Of a stretch of DNA of 64,000 nt, positions 40,855 to 50,054 are shown in pieces. Position 1 is the stretch's first letter. Each line of letters begins with the position of its first letter. The notes beneath the pieces were generated by a model that was not told the origin of the DNA, ran no database searches, and worked only from the letters and a program-made list of their open reading frames with translations. Origin of the DNA: an uncultured Actinomycetes bacterium (GTDB taxonomy: Bacteria; Actinomycetota; Thermoleophilia; Gaiellales; Gaiellaceae). A program made the translations under genes and the position numbers. The stretch spans positions 246,598 through 310,597 of the forward strand of contig CAVQEP010000014.1 in assembly GCA_963711545.1 (NCBI GenBank), in the 5' to 3' direction.

Positions 40855-41664
40855 ATGCTCCTGAGGGAGGTCGAGTACGCTCGCCCGGCGAGCGTCGAGG
40901 ACGCCGTCCGCCTCCTCGGCGAACACGAGGGCGCGCGCTCGCTCGCCGGAGGCCAGACGTTGATCAACGTCATGAAGGCCCGTGCAGCCTCGCCCGACGT
41001 CCTCGTCGACCTCAACTCGCTCGCCGACCTGAAGGCGATCGAGCTCGGCGCCGACGGGACGCTCGAGCTCGGGGCCATGGCGACGTACTCCGACGTGATG
41101 GCTTCCGCAGAGGCCCGCGCCAGGCCGATCCTCGGAGAGGTGTGCTCGCAGATCGCGGATGTCCAGGTGCGCAATCGGGGCACGATCGGCGGCAACGTGT
41201 GCTCGAACGATCCGACGAACCACCTGCCGCCGCTCCTCGTCGCGGTCGGCGCGTCGATGACGATCCTGGGGGCCGGAGGAGAGCGAATCGTCCCCGCCGG
41301 AGAGTTCTTCCTCGGTGTCTACCTGACCGCCGCCGGGCCCGGCGAGCTGCTGACGAAGGTTTCCGTGCCGCCGGGGAAGAAGGACGGCTTCGCCTCGATC
41401 ACGATCGGCGCGGAGGGAACGTGCATCGTGAACGCGGCCGCCTCTCTGGAGGACGGCTCCCTGAGGGTTGCGCTCGGATGCGTCGATGCCGTTCCTGTCG
41501 TCGTCCTGCCCCAATCGGCCGATGCGGACGCCGTGCGCGCCGCGGTGAAGGCGGCCGCCCTCGAGCCACCCTCGGACGTCCACGCGTCGGCCGAGTATCG
41601 CCGCCACCTCGCCGGGGTGGTCGCCGCGCGCGCCGTCGCCCAGGCCTCGTCAGGAGCGAAGTAG
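40855..41664 (+). CDS. Xanthine dehydrogenase family FAD-binding subunit (CoxM/CutM-like)
   Basis: 269 aa. LAGGQTLINVMK and RNRGTIGGN motifs of FAD_binding_5. Confidence 0.9.
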   Translation: MLLREVEYARPASVEDAVRLLGEHEGARSLAGGQTLINVMKARAASPDVLVDLNSLADLKAIELGADGTLELGAMATYSDVMASAEARARPILGEVCSQIADVQVRNRGTIGGNVCSNDPTNHLPPLLVAVGASMTILGAGGERIVPAGEFFLGVYLTAAGPGELLTKVSVPPGKKDGFASITIGAEGTCIVNAAASLEDGSLRVALGCVDAVPVVVLPQSADADAVRAAVKAAALEPPSDVHASAEYRRHLAGVVAARAVAQASSGAK

Positions 41665-42134
41665 TGGAGCCCGTCTCGAGCGCGATGATCAGCGTTGCGG
41701 TCAACGGCGAGACCTACGAGCGCGAGGTCGACGCGCGCCGCCTGCTGATCCACTTCCTGCGCGACGAGCTCGACCTGACCGGCAGCCACATCGGCTGCGA
41801 CACCGGCAACTGCGGCGCCTGCTCCGTCCTCGTGGACGGCGTGCTCGTGAAGAGCTGCATGATGCTCGCGATCCAGGCCGACGCGGCGAAGGTCGAAACC
41901 GTCGAAGGGCTGGCACAGGACGGAGAGCTCACGGTGCTTCAGCAGTCGTTCTCCAACCATCACGCGCTGCAATGCGGCTACTGCACGCCGGGCATGCTGA
42001 TGAGCGCGACGGCCCTGCTGCGGGCCAACCCGCATCCGTCGGAGCCGGAGATCCGGAAAGGGATCCAAGGGAACATCTGCCGCTGCACGGGCTACGTCAA
42101 CATCGTCGAGGCGATCAAGGCGGCCTCGGAGTGA
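41664..42134 (+). CDS. (2Fe-2S)-binding small subunit (CoxS/CutS-like)
   Basis: GTG at 41664 overlaps the upstream TAG, with AGGAG 8 nt upstream. CDTGNCGACSV and CGYCTPG...CRCTGY cluster motifs. Confidence 0.9.
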   Translation: MEPVSSAMISVAVNGETYEREVDARRLLIHFLRDELDLTGSHIGCDTGNCGACSVLVDGVLVKSCMMLAIQADAAKVETVEGLAQDGELTVLQQSFSNHHALQCGYCTPGMLMSATALLRANPHPSEPEIRKGIQGNICRCTGYVNIVEAIKAASE

Positions 42135-44611
42135 CCGAGACGACCGTCAGCCCGGAGCGACCCCTCGTCGTCGAGGAAGGCGAGGCGCAGCGAGGTTTCA
42201 TCGGCCAGAGCGTCCGCCGCAAGGAGGACAAGCGCCTCGTGCAGGGCGAGGGTGTCTTCTTCGACGACATCAAGCGGCACGAGATGGGGTTCGTGCACTT
42301 CGTCCGCTCGCCGTACGCGCACGCCCGCATCAAGTCGGTGGACGTCTCGAAGGCCCTCGAGCTCGACGGCGTCTACGGCACGCTCACAGGCGACGAGGTC
42401 GCGATCCTCACCGACCCGTTCTTCGAGCTCTCAACGCCGCCCGGGGCAAACATCAAGGACTACGCCCTGGCGGTCGGCAAGGTGCGGCACGTCGGTGATC
42501 CGGTCGCCGCCGTGGTGGCGCGCACTCGAGACCTGGCGCGCGACGCGGCGGAGCTCGTCGAGGTCGACTACGAGCCGCTGCCCATCGTGCTCGACAGCGA
42601 GGAGGCGCTGAAGGACGAGGTGATCCTGCACGAGGACGCCGCCTCGAACACCGTGTGGTCGGGCGTCTTCGACTGGGGCGACTTCGACGCGGCGCTCGCG
42701 GACGCCGACCACGTGGTGCGGATCGAACGCCTCCATTTCGACCGGTTCTCCTCGACGCCGCTCGAATGCTCGGGCTGCCTCGTCGAGTACAACCGCGGCA
42801 CGGGCCAGTGGACGATCAACGGGACGCACCAGATGCCGGGCGTCGGTGCGATCTGGATGGCGCCGGCCCTTCGCGTGGGCATCGACAAGCTCCGCTTCGT
42901 CAGCCAGGACATCGGCGGCGGCTTCGGCAACAAGATCACGCTGCATCCGCAGTTCACGGTGTGCTGCCTGCTGGCGCGGAAGCTCAACCGGCCGGTGCAG
43001 TGGACCGAGTGGCGAACCGACCAGCACACGGCCAACACGCACGGGAACGAGCGGACGTTCCTCGACGTGATCGTTCCCGTGAAGGCCGACGGAACGATGC
43101 TCGGCTTCTCGGTGCGTGCGATCGACGACTGCGGCGCGTTCCCGCGCTACGAGCCGCTCGGGTGCATCATCTGGGCGCAGGTGACGCCGGGCTGCTACCG
43201 CTGGCGGAACGTCCGCGTCGACTTCACGCAGGTCTGCACGAACAAGTCGCCGGTGGCGCCGAACCGCGGCTACTCCCGCATGCAGCACCTCTGGCTGACC
43301 GAGCGGATCGTCGACATCGTCGCGCGTGAGCTCGGCCTCGACCCGGTCGACGTCCGCAAGCGCAACTACGTCAAGCAGGAGGAGTTCCCGTACGAGACGC
43401 CCAACGGGTGCGTCTACGACTCCGGCGACTATGCGCGCTGCCTCGACATGGCGCTCGAGCTCGTCGGCTACGAGTCGATCGAGGAGAAGCGCGCGGACGC
43501 GGAGGCGCGCGGCAAGCTGCTCGGCATCGGGATCGGGTCGACGCTCGACTCGGGAACGAACAACTTCGGTCAGTCGATGATCCTGAACCCCGAGCTGCAG
43601 TTCTCCGGAAACAACGAGGTCGCTACAGTCAAGCTCGACATCTTCGGCGAGGTCGTCGTCACCCTCGGGACGGTGCCGCAGGGCCAGGGGCACGAGACGA
43701 CGACGGCGCAGGTCGTGTCGGACATCCTGGGCTGTAGCACCGACGACGTGAACGTCCGCGCCGGCCACGACAGCTACTGGAACTCGTACGCGGGCTTCTC
43801 CGGCACCTATGCGTCGCAGTTCGCCGTCTCCGGGCTCGGCGCCGTGAAGGGGGCAGCCGACAAGCTCGCCGCCGAGATGAAGCTCCTCGCGTCGGCGGTG
43901 TTCGGCTGCTCGGCTGACGACATCGAGCTCGCAGAGAGCCAGGCGCGCATCAAGGGAAATCCGGAAGCCGCGCTGCCGTTCATGGCCCTCGGCGCGATCC
44001 TGAACGCGAACAACGCGGGCCTGCCGCCCGAGCTCGACATCACGCTCAACGTTCGCCACGTCTACCGCCCGCCCTTCGAGAAGCCGGATCTCGAGCGAAA
44101 GTTCGGGAACCTCACGCTCACGTACGCGACCCAGATCCACGCCTGCGTGGTCGAGGTCGATCCGGAAACAGGGGTTTACGAGCTCGTCGACTACGCCGCG
44201 GTCGACGACTGCGGCAAGCGGATCAACCCGCAGATCGTCGAGGGCCAGGTGCACGGGGCGACGGCTCACGCGCTCGGGGCGGCGACGCACGAAATCTTCA
44301 CCTACGACGAGGAGGGCAACCTGCTCACGCCCAACTTCTACGACTACCACGTCCCGCACGCGCTCGACATGCCGCCTCTGAAGACCGGCTATATCGAGTC
44401 CGAGTCGCCGTTCAGCCCGCTCGGGACGAAAGGGATGGGCGAGGGCGGCGGCGCCGGCATCCACGCGGTGTGCGCCGCGCTGCAGGACGCTGTGGGACGG
44501 CGGGGCGAGGGTCCCATCGTCTGGCGTAGCTGCAACCCGTATCACCGCGTGTGGGAGCTGCTGCAGAGCCCGGGCGACACTCGCAGGCTCGTCACCGTGG
44601 AGAGCCGATGA
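42131..44611 (+). CDS. Xanthine dehydrogenase family molybdopterin-binding large subunit (not a canonical CO dehydrogenase)
   Basis: GTGA overlap with the upstream stop. 826 aa. RKEDKRLVQGEG N-terminus. At the position of the CODH active-site loop it reads APNRGYSRMQ, not AYRCSFR. Confidence 0.9.
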   Translation: MTETTVSPERPLVVEEGEAQRGFIGQSVRRKEDKRLVQGEGVFFDDIKRHEMGFVHFVRSPYAHARIKSVDVSKALELDGVYGTLTGDEVAILTDPFFELSTPPGANIKDYALAVGKVRHVGDPVAAVVARTRDLARDAAELVEVDYEPLPIVLDSEEALKDEVILHEDAASNTVWSGVFDWGDFDAALADADHVVRIERLHFDRFSSTPLECSGCLVEYNRGTGQWTINGTHQMPGVGAIWMAPALRVGIDKLRFVSQDIGGGFGNKITLHPQFTVCCLLARKLNRPVQWTEWRTDQHTANTHGNERTFLDVIVPVKADGTMLGFSVRAIDDCGAFPRYEPLGCIIWAQVTPGCYRWRNVRVDFTQVCTNKSPVAPNRGYSRMQHLWLTERIVDIVARELGLDPVDVRKRNYVKQEEFPYETPNGCVYDSGDYARCLDMALELVGYESIEEKRADAEARGKLLGIGIGSTLDSGTNNFGQSMILNPELQFSGNNEVATVKLDIFGEVVVTLGTVPQGQGHETTTAQVVSDILGCSTDDVNVRAGHDSYWNSYAGFSGTYASQFAVSGLGAVKGAADKLAAEMKLLASAVFGCSADDIELAESQARIKGNPEAALPFMALGAILNANNAGLPPELDITLNVRHVYRPPFEKPDLERKFGNLTLTYATQIHACVVEVDPETGVYELVDYAAVDDCGKRINPQIVEGQVHGATAHALGAATHEIFTYDEEGNLLTPNFYDYHVPHALDMPPLKTGYIESESPFSPLGTKGMGEGGGAGIHAVCAALQDAVGRRGEGPIVWRSCNPYHRVWELLQSPGDTRRLVTVESR

Positions 44612-45072
44612 AGGTCACCGGTGAGCGCGTGTTCGATGCCCCCCTCGCCACCGTCTGGGAGGTGCTCAACGACCCGTCGCGGATGGCGAAGACGATGCCC
44701 GGTGTCGAGTCGTTCGACATCCAGGACGACAGGCACTGGCGCGCGCACGTGAAGATCCCGCTCGGCCTCGGCGGCCTGCGGATGTCGATCGACTTCGAGA
44801 AGACGGAGGAGCGCGAGCCGGAGTTCGCCAAGCTGCACGCGAAGGGGAACGGGGTCGGGGCGATCATGAACATGGACACCGCCTTCCACCTGAGCGATCA
44901 GGGCAACGGCACGAACATGCAGTGGGAGGCGGAGGTCCACATCCTCGGCCCGGTCGCGTCGATGGGGCAGCGCGTCCTGCAGCCGATCGTGAATCAGCAG
45001 GTGTCACAAGTCCTGGGCGCCCTCGACGGGCAGGTTCAGGAGGCCGCCGCGGCCAAGGCCGAGGGCTCGTAG
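44608..45072 (+). CDS. CoxG-like SRPBCC family protein
   Basis: ATGA overlap with the upstream stop. MKVTGERVFDAPLATVWEVLNDP... Confidence 0.85.
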   Translation: MKVTGERVFDAPLATVWEVLNDPSRMAKTMPGVESFDIQDDRHWRAHVKIPLGLGGLRMSIDFEKTEEREPEFAKLHAKGNGVGAIMNMDTAFHLSDQGNGTNMQWEAEVHILGPVASMGQRVLQPIVNQQVSQVLGALDGQVQEAAAAKAEGS

Positions 45073-45167
45073 CAGCGTCGGCTCGCTTTCGCACAGTTCG
45101 ACCCGCGGAGGCGGACGAGATCTGCGCGAGCCTGGCGGGGCTTCACCGCGAGGCGCTTCGATCCGGC

Positions 45168-45599
45168 ATGGCGCTCGGGTCGCTCGAAAAGGTGCGGCAA
45201 GCCACGCTCGAGCGGTCCTATCGTGACGTCGTCGCCGGGCTCGGCGACGCGCGGAGGCTCCTCCTCGTGGGCGAGGACGGCAAGGCCATCGTCGCCATGG
45301 CACAGCTCGCCTTCAGCCCGGAGACGAACGCGGATCACCGCGCCGAGGTGCAACGCGTCGCAGTCGCGGTCGAGTCACGCGGCGGCGGAGTCGGCCGGGA
45401 GCTCATGTCGGCCGTCGACGCGGCCGCCCGCGAGCACGGCGTCACGCTCCTCTGGCTGACGACGCACGACGGCACCGACGCGTGCCGCTTCTACGAGTCG
45501 GTCGGCTATACCAAGCTCGGCGTGATGCCGGACTACTCGAGGCGTCCGGACGGGACGCTCTGGCCGGGCGCGTTCTATTTCCGCCGGCTCGCGACATGA
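45168..45599 (+). CDS. GNAT family N-acetyltransferase (start uncertain)
   Basis: RVAVAVESRGGGVGRELM (acetyl-CoA motif A) and FYESVGY. GNAT-like sequence (VRPAEADEI) continues upstream to about 45096 with no canonical start there. The first ATG after the coxG stop is 45168. Confidence 0.7.
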   Translation: MALGSLEKVRQATLERSYRDVVAGLGDARRLLLVGEDGKAIVAMAQLAFSPETNADHRAEVQRVAVAVESRGGGVGRELMSAVDAAAREHGVTLLWLTTHDGTDACRFYESVGYTKLGVMPDYSRRPDGTLWPGAFYFRRLAT

Positions 45600-45612
45600 G
45601 AGGATCGAGCTG

Positions 45613-46644
45613 ATGGCACAGCCGTTCCGCATCGGCGTCATGCAGCTGACCATGGAGCCGCTCGAGGAGATGCTCGAGTCGGCCCGGGTCATGGACCGGG
45701 CGGGGATGGACACGATCTGGCTGGCCGAGGCCTATCCGTGGTGGCGCAAGCACGGGATGGAGGCCCGCTCCTCCACCGTCGTGTCGGCGCTGATCGCGCG
45801 CGAGACCGAGCGCCTCGCCGTGGGCTGGGGGATCATCTCCCCGTTCACGCGCCATCCGGTGCAGGTGGCGATGGACGCCCGGGTCGTGCAGGAAGCCGCC
45901 GGGCCTGACCGGTTCCTGCTCGGGTTCGGGACCTCCAAGATCTTCCTCAACAACGCCCGCATCGAGACGAAGCGGACGCTCGGCCCGATGCGCGAGGCGG
46001 TGGAGATCGTCCGCGGCGTCCTGGCCGGCGGGCCCTTTCGGTACGAGGGCCTGACGTTCGGCGCGGACGTGCCCGCGTTGCGCGACGAGGCGCAGACTCC
46101 ACGCGGGGTGCCGCCGGTCTACGTTGCCGCGACCGCGCCGAAGATGCAGGCGCTGGCGGGGGAGATCGCGGACGGCTGCCTGACACCGTCCATCACGACG
46201 CCGGCCTTCGTGCGCTACACATGCAAGAACGTCGCCGCCGACATCGACATCGGCTGCACCGTGGTCGCTTCGATCGACGCCTCCGACCGTGCGGCTGGCC
46301 GGGACGGGGCACGGGAGATCGCGGGCATGTACCTGGCCAACAAGGTGCAGAACATCCGGGGCGCGGCCGACACGCTGCTCGACCTCGCGGGCCTGACGCA
46401 GGAGGAGATCCGGCCGGTCGCGGATGCCATGGAAGCGGGCGGCCGGCTGGCTGCCAAGGCTCGGGTGACGGACGAGATCCTCGACAAGTGCAAGCCGATC
46501 GCCGGCACTCCGGCGGACTGCATCGCCGCGATCGAGGAGTATCGCGACGCCGGCTGCTCGCACGTGATGCTCGAGCTGTGGGGAGACCGGCGCCACGAGC
46601 AGATCGAGCTGTTCGGACGGGAGGTGCTGCCCCATTTCCGTTGA
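45613..46644 (+). CDS. LLM-class (luciferase-like) flavin/F420-dependent oxidoreductase
   Basis: 343 aa with overall Mer/LLM family resemblance (TIWLAEAY, GFGTS, AGTPADCIAAIEEY). Confidence 0.88.
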   Translation: MAQPFRIGVMQLTMEPLEEMLESARVMDRAGMDTIWLAEAYPWWRKHGMEARSSTVVSALIARETERLAVGWGIISPFTRHPVQVAMDARVVQEAAGPDRFLLGFGTSKIFLNNARIETKRTLGPMREAVEIVRGVLAGGPFRYEGLTFGADVPALRDEAQTPRGVPPVYVAATAPKMQALAGEIADGCLTPSITTPAFVRYTCKNVAADIDIGCTVVASIDASDRAAGRDGAREIAGMYLANKVQNIRGAADTLLDLAGLTQEEIRPVADAMEAGGRLAAKARVTDEILDKCKPIAGTPADCIAAIEEYRDAGCSHVMLELWGDRRHEQIELFGREVLPHFR

Positions 46645-46663
46645 TGTCGACGCCGACCGGCTG

Positions 46664-47857
46664 GTGAGGCTCGCGGTCGACCTCGTGTCCATCCCGAGCC
46701 CGACCGGCGACGAGCAGGCAATGGGGGAGCGGGTCCGAGAGGAGCTCGAGGACATCGGCCTTCAGGTTCAGTGGCAGGAGGTCGAGGAGGGCCGTCCGAA
46801 CGTCGTCGGCCTCTGGGAGGGGCAGGGTGGCGGCCCGTCGCTGATGTTCAACGGCCACATGGACACTTCGTACTCGGGCCGCGAGCCCTGGCTCGCCGGG
46901 ATCCGCGGTTTCCAGCCAGAAGGGTTCGTGCAGGACGGACGCGTCTTCGGCCTCGGGATCTCGAATATGAAGGGCGCGCTCGCGTGCTATCTGGAGGCGA
47001 CCCGCACGCTTCGTGATGCGGGCGTCCGGCTGCGCGGCGACGTGATGATCGCGTGCGTCGCGGGTGAGATCGAGAAGACCCAGTGGCATCCCGATTTCGT
47101 CGGCCGCGAATACCGCGGCTATGCCGCGGGGTCGCGCTTCCTCCCGTCACACGGCGGCATCACCGACATGTGCATCCTGGGGGAGCCGACCGAGCACAAG
47201 ATCGTGCTCGGTCATTACGGAGCGGTCTGGATGCGCCTGTCGACCTCCGGCCCGTTCATCCACACAGCCTTCAGCGAGGGCCGCCGTGGCGAGACGTCGA
47301 TCGTCCGCATGCGGGACGTTCTCGATGCCGTGCTCGAGTTCGCGCCGGAGTGGGAGCAGCGCACGTCCTACAGAGGCAAGCCGGGAATCGTCAACATCGG
47401 CGCGATCAACGGCGGCTTCGCATGGCGTGTCTCCCGGACGCCTCATCGCACCGACCTCTTCGTCGACTTCCGCGTGCCGCCGACGATGCCGATGGCCCGT
47501 GCGCGCGCCGAGCTCGGCGACTTCGCGCGCGAGCTCCGCCACCGCTTCCCCGACCACGGGATCGAGTCCGAGATCTACGTCACCGCGCCCGGCTCCGAGA
47601 TCGCGGAGGACCATCCGCTCGTCGCCGCGATCGACGCCGCGCACGGCGAGGTCTTCGGCGAGCATCCCGAGCGCGACACAGTCAGGTGGTTCTCGGACGC
47701 CTCGGCGTTGACGCGCTATGGGATCGAGAGCGTGAACTACGGCACGTCAAGCGGGCTCCCCGACCCGGTCCTCGGCGAGAATCTCGAGATCGAGGGTCTC
47801 GTGAAGATCGCGAACGTCTACGCGCGCGTCGCTTCGCGGGTGTGCGAGCCGGCGTGA
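46664..47857 (+). CDS. M20 family metallohydrolase (ArgE/DapE/ACY1-like)
   Basis: 397 aa. LVSIPSPTGDE, NGHMDT, and GISNMKG motifs. Confidence 0.9.
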   Translation: MRLAVDLVSIPSPTGDEQAMGERVREELEDIGLQVQWQEVEEGRPNVVGLWEGQGGGPSLMFNGHMDTSYSGREPWLAGIRGFQPEGFVQDGRVFGLGISNMKGALACYLEATRTLRDAGVRLRGDVMIACVAGEIEKTQWHPDFVGREYRGYAAGSRFLPSHGGITDMCILGEPTEHKIVLGHYGAVWMRLSTSGPFIHTAFSEGRRGETSIVRMRDVLDAVLEFAPEWEQRTSYRGKPGIVNIGAINGGFAWRVSRTPHRTDLFVDFRVPPTMPMARARAELGDFARELRHRFPDHGIESEIYVTAPGSEIAEDHPLVAAIDAAHGEVFGEHPERDTVRWFSDASALTRYGIESVNYGTSSGLPDPVLGENLEIEGLVKIANVYARVASRVCEPA

Positions 47858-48723
47858 AGCTCGTCACTTTCGACGACGGGAAGGTCGGCGAGCTGCACGA
47901 CGGCCGCGTTCTCGAGCTCGACGCTCCGACCATGCGGGCGTACTTCGAGCAGGGAGGGAGAGCAGCTCCGACCGGACGCGAGCACGATCTCGGAGACGTC
48001 ACGTTGCGCGCGCCGATCGTCCCGAAGAAATTCATCCACACCGCAGGCAACTTCCGTGAGCACGAGGAGGAGTCGAAGCGCGTCGGCTGGTCGCACGAGA
48101 TCGCGCCGTGGATCGTCTTCTTCCAGAACGTGGACGCGATCATCGGGCCCGACGAGCCCATCGTCTACCCGGAGCATCTGACCGAGGAGCTCGACTACGA
48201 GCTCGAGCTCGCCGTGGTCGTCGCCAGGGACGGCAAGTGGTTCGGGCCCGAAGAAGCGGCGGACTACATCGGAGGCTACGTGATCTTCAACGACATCACC
48301 GCGCGCGACATCCAGCGGCGCGAGATGCGCTCCGGTGTCTTCTCCTTCTGCAAGGGCATCGACACGTTCTGCCCCCTGGGGCCTTGGATCGTGACTCCCG
48401 ACGAGGTGGGCGATCCACACGACCTGAAGATGGAGCTGCGCGTCAACGGCCAGAAGCGCCAGGAGTCGTACAGCGGCAACATGTCGGTGACGATCCCGGA
48501 GATCCTCTCCCACTACTCCGCGCTCGGCTACTCGGCCGGCGACGTCGTCTCGACCGGGACCGTGAGCGGAGTTGCCGGCTTCAGCGAGGACGCCGCCTCC
48601 CTCTACCTCAAGCCGGGCGACGTGATCGAGGCGGAGATCCAGAAGATCGGCGTGCTGCGGAACCCCGTGGTCTCGTGGCAGGACGCGCACGGGGAGCCCG
48701 CGCCGGCGCGCGCGCAATGGTGA
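47854..48723 (+). CDS. Fumarylacetoacetate hydrolase (FAH) family protein
   Basis: GTGA overlap with the upstream stop. DYELELAVVV, NDITARD, FCKGIDTFCPLGPWIV, and TGTVSG motifs. Confidence 0.9.
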   Translation: MKLVTFDDGKVGELHDGRVLELDAPTMRAYFEQGGRAAPTGREHDLGDVTLRAPIVPKKFIHTAGNFREHEEESKRVGWSHEIAPWIVFFQNVDAIIGPDEPIVYPEHLTEELDYELELAVVVARDGKWFGPEEAADYIGGYVIFNDITARDIQRREMRSGVFSFCKGIDTFCPLGPWIVTPDEVGDPHDLKMELRVNGQKRQESYSGNMSVTIPEILSHYSALGYSAGDVVSTGTVSGVAGFSEDAASLYLKPGDVIEAEIQKIGVLRNPVVSWQDAHGEPAPARAQW

Positions 48724-48742
48724 CTCCCGCCGCGTCGCGCCG

Positions 48743-49894
48743 ATGAGCTGGCCGCGCGACGACGTCAAGCTCGACCGTGTTCGAGCGCTCATGGCCGACG
48801 AGGAGCTCGACGCGCTGGTCGTGCGGGCGCCCGACAACGTCCTCTACCTGACGAACTTCTGGGGGATGAAGGGATACGACGCGGCCGTCTTCCCGCGGGA
48901 GGGCGAGCCGACGCTGATCACGATCGAGGCCTCGGCGGAGGACGCGGCCGAGCACGCGTGGACGGGCGACGTCCGCTTCGTCGCGGGCTACGACCCGTCC
49001 GACCCGCGTCCGCCTTCGGCCCGGACGCTCGATACAGCCGCGGCGATCGCCGCGCAACACGGCTCCGTAGGGATCGAGCTGTCGCTCGGAACGCAGGCGT
49101 CGGACCGTATGGTCGGCGAGCCCACGACGTACACGCGCGCGTGGTTCGACGCGTTTCCCGACTCGGCCGACGCGGTGCCGCTGCTCGTGCGGGCACGATC
49201 CGTCAAGACGCCGCAGGAGCTCGAGCGGATGCGCCTCGCAAACGAGATCGCCGCCGGCGCGATGGAGCACGTCGCCGGTCAGCTGCGCGCGGGCATGAAA
49301 GAGAGCGAGGCGGCGGCGCTCTGGCAGGGCTTCGTCCACGGCGAAGGCACCGGGTGGAATGGGAAGGTCGACCTGGCGCTCGGCTTCTCCCTCGTCTGGT
49401 CGGGCCCGGGGATCAGGACGTTCACGGCGACCGGCCACCGGCCGGTGCAGGAAACCGAGCCGACGCTGTTCGAGATCTGGGTCTGCGCCGACGGGTACTG
49501 GTGCGACCACACGAAGAACGTCTGCCCGGGCGACCTCGATCAGCGTTACGACGAGCTGCTCGATGCATTGCTGGGCGTCTACGACCGGGCCGTGGCTCAT
49601 TGCCGCCCGGGTGCGAGCCTCGCGGAGCTCGACGTCCTCGTCCGCGACGGCCTGTCTGCGGCCGGCTATCCGGGGCAGCCGACTCATCCGATCGCACACG
49701 GGGTCGGCGCCCGGGCACACGAGCCGCCCTACGCCCACCAGGCCGGAGGCGGGACGATCGATGAGGGGATGGTGCTCGCGATCGAGCCCGGCGCGTACTG
49801 GGAGGGCGGAGGAGGGCTCAGAGTCGAGGACAACTTCCTGATCACCGCGGAGGGGGCGGAGAAGCTGTCCAGCTACCCGGACGATTTTAGGTGA
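48743..49894 (+). CDS. M24 family metallopeptidase (creatinase/prolidase-like), paralog 2
   Basis: 383 aa. Creatinase N-domain, HPIAHGVGARAHEPP and LAIEPG. Confidence 0.9.
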   Translation: MSWPRDDVKLDRVRALMADEELDALVVRAPDNVLYLTNFWGMKGYDAAVFPREGEPTLITIEASAEDAAEHAWTGDVRFVAGYDPSDPRPPSARTLDTAAAIAAQHGSVGIELSLGTQASDRMVGEPTTYTRAWFDAFPDSADAVPLLVRARSVKTPQELERMRLANEIAAGAMEHVAGQLRAGMKESEAAALWQGFVHGEGTGWNGKVDLALGFSLVWSGPGIRTFTATGHRPVQETEPTLFEIWVCADGYWCDHTKNVCPGDLDQRYDELLDALLGVYDRAVAHCRPGASLAELDVLVRDGLSAAGYPGQPTHPIAHGVGARAHEPPYAHQAGGGTIDEGMVLAIEPGAYWEGGGGLRVEDNFLITAEGAEKLSSYPDDFR

Positions 49895-49961
49895 CCCTAC
49901 CGGCGACATCGCTTAGATCCCTGACGCGCGATCACGCCGCGCCATGCTGCGTCCTCGATCG

Positions 49962-49990
49962 CCCCTGGGCAATCAGCCCAGGGGTTTCCT
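49962..49990 (+). terminator. Candidate intrinsic terminator after the M24 gene
   Basis: cccctggg-caatcag-cccagggg is an 8-bp stem followed by tttcct. It lies in a 160-nt gap that splits the cluster into two units. Confidence 0.35.
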
Positions 49991-50054
49991 GCGTCCTTGC
50001 CTGGCTTGGTGCTCGCACGCCAGGAACCTGGCAACGTCACCGGCAGGATCACCC

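Noticed and set aside
40855-44611. Annotating the CoxMSL-like genes as aerobic carbon monoxide dehydrogenase
   Set aside because: The large subunit lacks the AYRCSFR (form I) or AYRGAGR (form II) loop at the expected position. No coxD/E/F-type accessory genes are adjacent.
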